A stretch of 63,957 nt of DNA, counting the filler, from Phoronis australis (lineage: Eukaryota; Animalia; Phoronida), in the NCBI GenBank assembly GCA_002633005.1. It is 12 parts of 12 records of this genome, joined end to end, with 100 filler letters (N's around TTAATTAATTAA, not from the genome) between each part and the next. Parts side by side here need not be neighbours in the genome. Positions count along the whole stretch, not along the records: positions 26,231 to 43,579 come from NMRA01001488.1; 11 more parts are not named here. One strand, given 5' to 3'. Under the pieces are notes generated by a model. It saw only the letters and a list, made by a program, of their open reading frames with translations. It did not search any database and was not told the DNA's origin. The translations under genes were made by a program, and so were the position numbers. Of the stretch, positions 26,780-37,305 are shown piece by piece; the stretch's first letter is position 1, and each line of letters starts with the position of its first letter.

Positions 26780-28143
26780 CTGGTGAAATTGGAAGCTAAG
26801 ATTCATTATATTTACGCTCTGCTTTCTACAAAACCGTGGTGCATTGCTATCAAACTTTGCTGCTAAATTACGATCATTTTACAGAAAATTGTGCTGAAAT
26901 CTCAGGGCGAAAACTCGCCGACTGCCTGCCTCGCAATCTTCGATATGGCCACTTGAATGCTTGAATAAAAATACAGTTTCGACTCAAGCAAATTACAAGA
27001 AATCCTCCTTAAGTTTTCCAAGTTTGACGTCCCTAAGATTTTTAAGTTCCCGCGGAGTCGGGATCACGGCAGGCTTAAGTACAAATCTGTGCTCATATCG
27101 TGCCATCTACATGTATGATCGGCAACATGAGAAAAATGTCTGGACGAACACACATGTTGTTGTTTTGTTTTGAAGTTGTCTGCGTTTGTGAGTAAGCGAG
27201 CGCGTGCGTGTAACCAGAGTTCATTTGCCAGAGCAGAGACCGTCTTTTGGCCAGAGTCACGCAATCTAATGAACTAGATGTGCATTGTGTCTAAAGAAAT
27301 TTGCACAAGCAGTAGGCCTAAACCAGAGCGTGTTTCATTCAGCACTTGCCGGTACCACGTGCTAAAAACGTTTGCCGGTGGCTGGATGCGTATGCAACTA
27401 TCTGACAGTTATTTTTCGGTGTAAGGGTGTGTAAGCATTCACTGACAGTGGTTATTTTATCAGATATTTGGCTTAAAAACACCAATTGTGGTTAATCAAA
27501 CAATTCATTTAATAATAACGCAAACATTTTTTTATAGTATTAGAAATTGTCGGAAATTAGTGCCAATATTCATTTCTTGCCAATGCTATGCTACCCGTTT
27601 CACGAATGGATAGTTCCAGACTAATGCCTTTGATGACAGGTACATGTATGTAGCGCGTGCTTCCTGGCCACGTGCTTCTAACACTGGCCAAGCTATTTAT
27701 TAGTCTTCGATTCGTGGTTTTCACGTGCAGGCCTACAAAGAAATTTGGATTCCTGTTGAAAGCGGGAAATATCTACAAAGCAATCCCGTAGACAAGTACA
27801 CTACTTCTGTTCTGAAAGGCCAGACCATTGGTCCTCGCAATATCAGCAGAACTTTTGTGTTCGTTTTGAGGCATGGCGGAAGTTTGAAGTGTATAGTCAC
27901 GGCTAAATACCGACATAACGGCGAGGCTCGTAGTCTACAAATTCTGTGCACAATGATTTTTTTCAGGACTGTCAGATATTACTGACAAATTGAAGACGTT
28001 ACTGTTGCAGTAGTTTTAGCACTGCAGGTAAGGCATTTTTCGCATGTACACGTTCGTGGACTGGGTGCTTAATTTAGCAAAGTCTGAAAACGTGTGGGGG
28101 GGGCGCTTATAGTGGCATAGGAGGTTATTATGGCGAATACAGT
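26780..28143 (+). mobile_element. DNA transposon (Tc2/pogo-like ...TACAGTA end) carrying a decayed HIRAN-like ORF, copy 1
   Basis: Colinear with 55324-56775 over ~1.4 kb; right end GGGGGCGCTTATAG...ATGGCGAATACAGTA. Confidence 0.75.
27703..28004 (+). pseudogene. HIRAN-like domain remnant
   Basis: SSIRGFHV..YKEIWIPVESGKYL..NPVDKY..SVLKGQTIG.PR.ISR...HGGSLKC.VT...LQI.C; contains indels. Confidence 0.6.
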
Positions 28144-28920
28144 AGGTTGCAAAACTTAAGGACTGGCATTTTTGTAAAAAACTAGCCGTCGAAAAGAAAA
28201 ATTCCTATTCCTAACATTGTTATTGAGTTTGTCAATTAAGTATTAAAATTGGAAAGTTTCAAGGAAATTCAATAAGCCTTTTTCGAGAACTCATGTTCCT
28301 AATTTCAAATGAAGTCAATTTGCCGAAGCACTAAGAAAAACTGGAAAACGTTGAGTCTTAAAAATCAAACGGTCAGTGCGTATCTTAATTATTCGGTGAT
28401 AACGTACACATGCCTTAACCGTGTTTACTATTCAACATTCGCTTTTTAATTTTGTATGTGGGCTTTCCTGCATCTAGAGTTAACTTGGTCAAAAGGTGGA
28501 GCCAGCTGTAACAGTTCGATGTATACCCACCGGGGAGAATGATAAATATCAAGAAATGTCAAATTACCAATCAAATGAATGAATTTCGGGGAGAATTTAT
28601 CTTTTTCAACAACTAGCTGTGTCAGTGAACACAAAGTCACTGAGGTGAAGCAGCGACTTGGACTCTGACGGTGCATTCGTTCTCAACCATCATATGTAAG
28701 GATACACAAAACACCCTCAGGACAAAACTGCACTTTATCTTTGTTTTCTGCAGCATATTTCAATGGTATGTACACCTCATTGACTTGGTGTATGAAACGA
28801 CTGTGGGTATATACAGGACTGCTCTATGTCTGGCGTTGGGAGATTCTATTTGAGTGATATTAGCCTGTAACCTTTGACCTCGGATAAGTAGTAAGCTACT
28901 GTTGAATGTAGTTTTGTTAA

Positions 28921-30610
28921 AGGCGAATGCCACCCGATTTAATTTAATTTAGTCTTTTTTGCCGTCTTAATCGGTCTATTTCCACATCGCCTCGCATACG
29001 GTCGACCTTACCTTGCCAAGAGGTGTCGCGTTAACCTGTGAGGAAGGTGAGAAACGACGCTAGCGACGTCAACAGTTCATAAGCAGAGTGAATGCCGCTA
29101 TGTTGCGATATATCGTTCTTGCTTGTCCAAACTAAGCAGCTGCGAGGAAAGCGAGTATATCGTGTTTTTCTTTACTTCCTCGAGAGTCCGAAATGCTTAG
29201 GAAGTGGCTCATGGTGGTGAAAAATGAAATGTATGCTGTAAATAGCAAGTATGAGGCCGTGAAACATCTCCGTGCCTGTGGCCTGCAGATGACGTCGACA
29301 GTGCCTCACGAATGCCGGCTTACCAAATAACTCCATACGTTCCGTTGTCTGAGCCTGTTCACAGCGCCTCTCTAGTATTTCGTCATCACTGTATTCCTGT
29401 TCGAATTGATAGCCTGTAAAACTTAACGATCCACCTGCGAAGTCGGGATTGATGAGCCCGGCGCTCTAGCTTGTCCTTAAGTCGGGATTGCGAGTTGCCA
29501 CTCCGTTGGCGTTTATTACTGAGCGTTCTGTTTCAAAATGAATTATTCTCACCCTAATCAATACTTATATAAAACTGAAACAAAGTCTGTCTCATTAGAT
29601 GCAATTTATAATGCCTTTGGAGTGTTCGTAAGTGCACGAAATGATTTGAGAAGCCAGCAATGAATAAATCACTGCGTTACCGGCTTTAGGTGCAATAAAA
29701 CTAATTGACGGGACACCGCGAGAGCTCATGCTAATTTAGTGTTTGCTGGCAGAAACTGTTGTGAAACAACTCGATTTCCACCCCACGACCAGGTGTTAGG
29801 GGAATCTTTATTTACATTTACATTACTCAAATAATGATTGTCAATGTACAACCTCTGCCCTGACGGTGCTGTGTCCAAAGCGGAACTGAATTCGCGGCCC
29901 CCGACGGAGTAAGTAGATTTGCAGTTTCGTGGCTAATTGACCAACATAATCACGTGCACATTACTTTGGCTCACTAGTATAGTATTTTCTTGACTAGAAG
30001 TTTAGTTTCCACTGAGCTTTGGCTGGTTTGTTCGTGATGTCTGATCAGTTTCCGAGCCACTGGCCGGAATAACGAGTCAACCTGAATCCGGCCGGCGCCG
30101 CGACGGGCCTGATCGGGCTCCGAGCCACTGGCCAGGATAACAAGCGTTTTGTGTTTAGAACTCAGAAAATCACAAGTCTAAACAACGCAGATCTAGGTTC
30201 TCCTGTCTGTATCTCACGGAAAATACTTCGAAATTATCTCCGAACACACCGCAAACTCCTGCTACGGACAGTTATTGGCCTGCCGATTTTTGTAGGCTAC
30301 GGTGTGTCCAAATACCAATAAATCCGTAAGAGCGAAATGAAACAACACGTTTTTGTAAGAACTCAGTGTGTTTTTAAGGGTTTTACATCGAAGTTTGATT
30401 ATTTATTGGTGCTAAACGATGATTCCAAGCGATAAGCTGACACCAGTAACCCGTGTTGTGAACTGCTGAACAGAATGCGTGTGAAACCGATGACGTAATT
30501 AGATAATTTCAACACCTCCGTCTGCCGTCAGGTGTCACGTAACGTTATGGAGTAGAACTACTCGATCTAAATTGATACAAATTAGGTTGTTTTTTGGGTG
30601 GCATGCTCCT
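28921..30610 (+). mobile_element. Kolobok-like DNA transposon (non-autonomous/decayed) with THAP remnant
   Basis: TTAA TSDs at 28917-28920 and 30611-30614; TIRs AGGCGAATGCCACCC / GGGTGGCATGCTCCT; THAP-like remnant at 29092-29345 (FSLLPRESEMLRKWLMVVK...HLRACGL). Confidence 0.75.
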
Positions 30611-30649
30611 TTAATGTCTACTCTCCTTGCATGCCTTTAGCAATAACTC

Positions 30650-31332
30650 ACTTACGGAAAGATTTGAAGGGTTGTGGACGTATTTGTTCAGTCTTTAATG
30701 ACGTTAAGAAGCCTTCTAAGTCAGAGTGTGAATGTGAAATAAAGTTAGGAGTTAGTTTAGATTGGAAGAAAATATACGCATTGCTTTATGAAATTACAAA
30801 GGATCCCAACATTAGTCCAAATTCGTGTGCGTGATTCTAATTTTTGTTCCTTTTGTAAAAAAGCTCCAGAGACGCAGTCACACGTTTTTAGGAATGTAGC
30901 CTAGTACAAGATTTCTGGAAGGAATTCTGAAAGCTACTTCAAAAGCGTCGCATTCAGCTTCCCAACTGTCTCTCTTACGAACGTGTTATTCTTGGACGCA
31001 CTATTTTCTATTTAACCTATGTCTTCGACTAGCCAAACAGTACATTTACAAGGAAAGATGCCACGAAAATATACCCAATTTTCAAAAGTTCGTTACATAT
31101 TCTTATGAGTACCATAATGCTGAAAAATCAATTGTATAAAAAAACTTTGTATATGACAGCTTCTCTGCGAAATGGGAAAATTTCATCGTTCACGTTAACT
31201 CCATGTGGAAGTTGTTTACTTTATAAGAGAATAGTCTTTCCTGCGGTGCGCATGCGTGAATGAATGGGTGAACTTATTTGTTTTGTTTGTTTGTTGTACT
31301 TGTTTATAAATGATAATGAATACCTGAAAAAA
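30650..31332 (+). mobile_element. L1/Tx1-type non-LTR retrotransposon 3' fragment (decayed)
   Basis: Frameshifted ORF2 C-terminus: DWKKIY...ITKD, CCHC finger FCKKAPETQSHVF.EC.LVQDFWK, LAKQYIYK, EK...KWE, then a T-rich UTR and a short A tail. Confidence 0.75.
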
Positions 31333-31649
31333 GCTCGCACATTTTGAACATCAGTGACGTCGTTAACGTCTGTCGTGAGTAGGAATGATGTATATACATG
31401 TAAACTTATTCAAGCTGATAGAAAACTCTGATGGCCCTCTTATTTCCAGTGAGCGAGTTTTTCGGGAATAAAAATGCTAAAATCATAAAACGTCCAACAA
31501 AAAAACACAAGCATTGTATTCAAGCAGAGAAGTTTATTACACTTTTGAAGTTTGAATTGTCTTTTATAATACATAAATTTTGTCACTGGTTTATATAGAA
31601 TTTCCAACTGCACAGATGTTAAGCCGTGTCATGGTCGCTGTGTTACTAA

Positions 31650-34600
31650 CTAAAGTTCGCAAATGTAACGTGCTTCGTCGTTGCAGCTCTTTCTTTCGAT
31701 GCTCTCGTTACTGGGATTGAAAACCACACATGGGTCTGAAAAAGAGGTAACAGTCACGTGGTATGAATAACTTAGCAGAAGGCAGAAGTTTGAGTTGCGA
31801 ATACTTTCATCAAAACAGAGGCATCGTTGACATTGTTTATTACTTTGAAAGTAACTATGGTCATGTGAAGGTTGCTTCAAATAGACAGTTTGTGACTATT
31901 CAGAACCCTTAACACTATTGGATCCCCTGTAAGCTCGAGTTATGAGTAAGGCGGCTTGATACTGTAATATCTCCAAATGCTGGAGTGCACCAGTGTTGGC
32001 AGACTCATATATTATATAACATTAATCGATGTGAGGAAGTATAAAGGATTTGAACAGGACTTCTAAATGAGTAGAATTCAGGTGATGAGAGACAAGTTTG
32101 AGTGAATTAATTAGTTTCTGAGTTTTTTGTACAAGCTCCCGAACGTGAGGCGTGAACAACAGTTTTTCATCTAACAGTATACCAAGGTGTCTGTGCGACT
32201 GTTTCTTAGGGATGATTTCATCATTAAATTTAAGGTCATAAGACGGGTCAACAAAGAAGAGAGAATTATTATATTTGGAAAAGGTGAAGTCAACGCTCTT
32301 TTCTAGTTTAAAATTCATTCTCCACTGTTGTGACCAATAGCTGAGTTTATTCAAGTCGTGTTGTAGCTGCTAAGAACTCTCATCTGCGAAGGGGTAAAAA
32401 AAACGTGTCATCTGCATAAAGGTATGTGCTACATGACAGGTTATCAGGAAGGTCATTAATACAAACCAAGAAGAGAAGAGGGCCTAATACGCTACCCTGT
32501 GAGGCTCTTGCATTTACGAGCCCAGGAGTTGACAGAACACCGTCGACATGAACACTGTACGTACGATCAGAGAGATGTGAGGTGATCAAGTTTAAAAGAT
32601 TCCCAGTAATGCCATACGATCTAAGTTTGTGGAGTAGAAGGTCATGACGGACACAGTCAAAAGCAGAGGCTATATCTATAAAGATGAGCCTGACTGTCTC
32701 GCTCTTCTCATAATGTAAATGAATCTCATGTACTATTTCAACAAGTTGTGCCACGGTGCTGTTCCCAGACAAAAAACCAAATTGATGACAATAAATCAAG
32801 ATGTTTTGTTTGAGAAATGTAAGACTATTTTGAGCAATAATCTTTTCGAAGACTTCGGATAGGGTGTTGAGTAAAGTTATTGAGCTTTTTTGTTTATAGG
32901 GACCATAATTCCATGTTTCCAAGAAGACGGATACATACAAGTAGTACGGAGCTGAAGAACTTTCTTAAATAGATTGATTGGTTAAAGGCATGGTAATTTC
33001 GTTGGCAATCATTTTGATAATTCTGCTGGTGATAAAAGCTATGCCATCCTTCTTTTTGGGGTCAGTTTCAATGAGATACTTCCCGGCGTACATCTGTTTG
33101 GTTAGCCAGGATATCAGACAGTTAATTGAGATAACTTTCATTTAGAAAGGGAATTTACCTTCATCAGTTGGGGTAATGTGGCTTCAGTTCGCGAAAAAAA
33201 TGAGAAACAGGTCACACCTGTCACTGCTACTTGAGGCTAGGTTACCATTGTAGTGGATGATCATCTTTGGCTTAATTTACTAAAGTCTCTGTCAGGCGTG
33301 ACTGCTCCTTGTACCTGTTACTTTTTCTGAACGAGCTGTAAAGTCTGTTTCTTTTGCGGATTGGCCGTTTAATAGAATTTTTGAACCATGGTTGGCTGTT
33401 GTCTTTAATTACCTTTTAAGTAGATGTTGTTTTTTTAATTTTATACATAAAGAGTTCTAGTGAGGAGTGACACGGTGTCATGAATGTCGCCGGGGTCCAC
33501 TATAGAATCCCAATCAATGGGGATCATAATTCTGAGGTAGTTTAGGAGTGTCGACTTTATCATGCTCCCACATGGCTTGTGTGCTGTCTTGTTCTTTGGA
33601 CGGTTTGTTAAATGTTAGAGTGGTTTCAGCTGTGTGGTGATCAGAATTGCCAACAGGAGGTAGTACAGAGCGTGATTCAATGTTACTCAAATTGTTCTTA
33701 TGCAGAGATCTATACATGTCCCAAAATAAGAAGCCCTTGAATAAGAAAAGGCAGCGGGGAAAGGCCCATGGGCAATAAGGTAATACAAAACTACTTTTCA
33801 AATGTCTTGAAAAAATTTCCAGGATCTCCAAAGATAAAGAGCCCAACGTAAAAACTGCCATCAAGGGGCACTGCGGTAGTCAACACGAGTGCGCCTATAT
33901 ACGAATTAACGTAAGGTCCTATGCAGGGGACATTACATGGGCTTAGAGTACATGCAAAACTTAGGTGCATGCCATAACATACGAACCAATTGGGTAAAAA
34001 AGGCCAAGAAAAGACATTATTTCGGACTCAAACCCATGGGTCTAAAGGCTTGGCAATACCATATAGTTTGATGGTTACATTTTTTATGAACAATTATGTT
34101 AAGTGGAAATATAAATATTCAACAACAAAGCTGATAATTACAATTGACAGGATCAAATTTTGAAACGAAGACAAAAGGTAAATTCTTACCGACAACACTC
34201 CACACCTCAACGTCGGTCCATTCAACACTGAGTCCACAGTCAAGATTGCCGTTGAAGGTGGATCTCATGCACTGTCCGCTAGGCAGGAAGTGCATGTTGG
34301 TGTTGTCATACGATATACTACCAGAGAAGAACGACAGGTCATGACCCCCACCAAAAGTTGGACCTAAGTCTTCGGCATCGAACAGAGCCCAATGTGGACT
34401 CCCGCTGTACTTGGCTGACGTACACCCTTGTCTATGACACAGCCGAAACACGAATGAGTTGCTGTCCGTCTTGTAACTGTTGGTGCCTGTCCAGGAGACA
34501 GAGGCATATCCACCGAACGTGGTGCCACTCTTTAAATCTTTCCCAATAGTGATGGTTGGGCCTTTATTGTCGCATCTGCTGTGAAATACTGAAGGGTTCA

Positions 34601-35820
34601 TACCGTCACGTGATGCCCGGTACAGGAGCTTGAATTCTTTTCCTGGCAACCATTCTCTCAACAGTGCTACGCGGTCTGTAGTCAACAGGTTTGAATCAAT
34701 ATCCCCCACGCCTAAAATTCACAGGTATCATACAATCAAGGGGTGTCAAACATGTTTTCACGCTCTTCACTGCAATTTATATTCGTGGTTGGAACATTAA
34801 GTAATTAGGAATATTAGTTCACATCGCTCTTATAACAAGAACAGCCAACCAGGAGAAAGAGCAAAAGGTGAAACTTGAATGGTTTATTCATTAACAAAGA
34901 GAACATAACTGAAAGTGTCACTTAAAGTAAAAAATAACAGACGGTGAAAACGTACTAGTCCGAAGCCTTACAATAACACATTAATGTGTCCAGTACACTT
35001 AACGTATTTTGTAAGATCATCGAACTTTAAAATAAGCGTAACTGTTATGATGGTCTTATAACATACAAACTGGAACATTCCTTTGTCTTAAATTTTCCGT
35101 GAATGGCTTATAAATACCTTTGTACGCCTCTTTCCCAATAGTCCATACGGTGTCGTTATTCTTCAAAGATTCCTGAACAAGGAGAGATCTCAAACGATGA
35201 GATTCCATAAAAACTAAGTGAGAATTGTCTTCAAGGCATTTTTTTTTCGCAGTTTTCCAATCCACGGATACATTGCTCAATTTGAAACACGAATTTTGGA
35301 TATAACGAAATTGGCTTGGGCAATATAATTTACTTAAAACGCGTTCGAAGGAGGACGATGATATTTCACGTTGGTGTGTAACATCCTGGAGTAACTCGGA
35401 AGCATAAAATGAAAAATTCGTGCTTAAATCTGTCAGTTCGGTGTGAAAGCGATTCATGTTTTTTAAAACTGACGACTGAAAATCCCGGTTCTTAAATCTT
35501 TCTTCGCCGCTTTTATTTCGCATTTCTTCAAGTTCCGTTTGAAACGATGTCACGATTTTCAGAATTGTTGATTGAAAATCCCTATTCTTAAGATTCTCTT
35601 CATTACTATTTTTTCGCATTTCTTCAAACTTCGTTTGAAAGTGATTTATGGTTTTTAAAACAGTCGATTGAAAATCCCGGTTGTTTTTTTCTTCCTCCTT
35701 CAGTAAAGAGATGACGGATTCTTCGATAAGAGATCTCTTCACGGCAGTTGAAGCCTGCTGGAGAGACGCGACTTCATGACAAAGCAAAGCGATGATTACC
35801 AGGATATTAGCACCGAACAT
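31650..35820 (-). CDS. Secreted coiled-coil / C-type lectin-like protein with an inserted TLDc domain; exons 35118-35820, 34190-34711, 31650-31735; 436 aa
   Basis: 703+522+86 nt gives an open frame with GT-AG introns, both phase 1. Signal peptide MFGANILVIIALLCHEVAS; CTLD first half CPSQF..IQNSCF...W.TAKKKC...SHLV...VWTIG; TLDc exon; CTLD second half DPCVVF...KSCNDEARYICEL*. Confidence 0.85.
31760..33705 (-). mobile_element. CR1/L2-group LINE remnant (endonuclease end + reverse transcriptase) in intron 2
   Basis: VGNSDHH (APE C-terminus), HQFGF..GNST..QL, FIDIASAFDCVRH, QGSVLGPLLFL..INDL, LYADD, HRHLGILLDEKL.F; multiple stops and frameshifts. Confidence 0.9.
34190..34711 (-). CDS. TLDc domain exon (exon 2 of the gene above)
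   Basis: SNLL...LREWL...FKLLYRASRDGMNPSVFHSRCDNKGPTITI...FGGYASVSW...YKTDSNSFVFRL...GPTFGGGHDL...DVEVWSV are hallmark TLDc motifs. Confidence 0.92.
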
Positions 35821-36989
35821 TTTTGGTTCCGGATTTTAACTACAGAAATAGTACAATGAGATCGAGACAGTTTCTCACGCAGCACTAACGTCATCAACCT
35901 TAGAACTTCACTTCTCTTGTGAAGATGATGTAGGTGTAACATTCTTTTATAAGGTAAACGCTTCTGATTGTAAGTAAAGCATCTCCTTATAAGGTGATGA
36001 TTTGCTTTCGTCAGAGATATTGATAAATATTCGTGAACATTGTCAAGTGTTTGGCTGTTAGGTACACGTTCTGTACAGCTGTCGGTTTACCCCCACGTTT
36101 GTGGACTCAAACAATGAATCGTGTCCCTCCCATCGCACGCCCCTTCTTTATAATTTGAACTGACCACATGGTACTGTGGGCAGATGGTTACATTTGATTG
36201 ACCGATATTACAATATTCCTGTTCATTAAGTACCTGCTGTTGATTGGACTGCCCACAGAAACGAGTTCATCACAAAGCAGCCCGTAGTTCTAAAATCATA
36301 GGTTTGCGCAATTAACTTTTAGACCACAACCTTTCTCGAGTACCTTAATGATAGCTGACAATACTTCATTTTCAGCGAAAAACATTTTTAATGTAAGACC
36401 AGTACGGAACGAATTCAAAAACTACAGGTAATATCACTGAAATTCGGATTGCTTAGGCGGACCCAAAATTCCGGATAGGGTGTGTCACGGTGTTTGCACC
36501 TTTCGAACAACCCCCATCCGGGTACGTGCATGTTTCCCTTCAACTACGACTTGCATTTCTTACTAGAATACGATAAGAACGACATGTGAAAACTTAAAGA
36601 GCGTTCTTTTATGACAAGCGGTCAGAAGACCAATCAAACCTAAGCCACGTACCACTATACGATCGGAGAGTAAGAATGGGCCTAGGAGCAGTACACTGTC
36701 CTGTAGCGAGGAGCTGCCTCAACCATAGCTATAGCTGAGATTTAACAGTGTGAAAATACGAAATTCCTGATGAACTAAACCTAGTTACTGGTCAGCTCAG
36801 CTATGATTCACTTGAGACAGGCAGCTTAGCTCGTACCGGCCGTCTGCGCTCGTTCTCAGATTCGTTTTATTGTGATCCAGTTTCGGGAAAACTTTATATT
36901 ATTATGGTCATTCTTTGAAGGAGTTTTTTTGAAATGGTGAGGTCCCGAAACCCTGGTATGATGCCTTTGGGACTGTTTCAAAATGCCTA

Positions 36990-37305
36990 ATTGAAACACG
37001 ACCGGTATTCCACTTTCTGGTGGCTGGGGAGAAGGGTAGTGTGTCCCAAAATGTACACACTTCCTGAACGCGTGGAGTTCAAATTCAGTTCCCGTGGATC
37101 ACTGAGATTCTGCGCGCCGGGCCTACTGCAGGGTTACATCTTATTTTTAACGTGGGTACTTCAGTCATGACGTGCATGCGAATCAGGACAAGCAATCAAT
37201 TCAGTTTTGAAGAACAAAAATTCATTGGCCATTACTACTGGAAACTAAAAACACCAAGGAAGAGCAAGGACAACCTTTCCAAGCAATGAGTTGAATTTTA
37301 TTTAT
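36990..37305 (+). repeat. Dispersed repeat, copy 2 (of 16540-16870)
   Basis: Diverged same-orientation copy. Confidence 0.75.
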
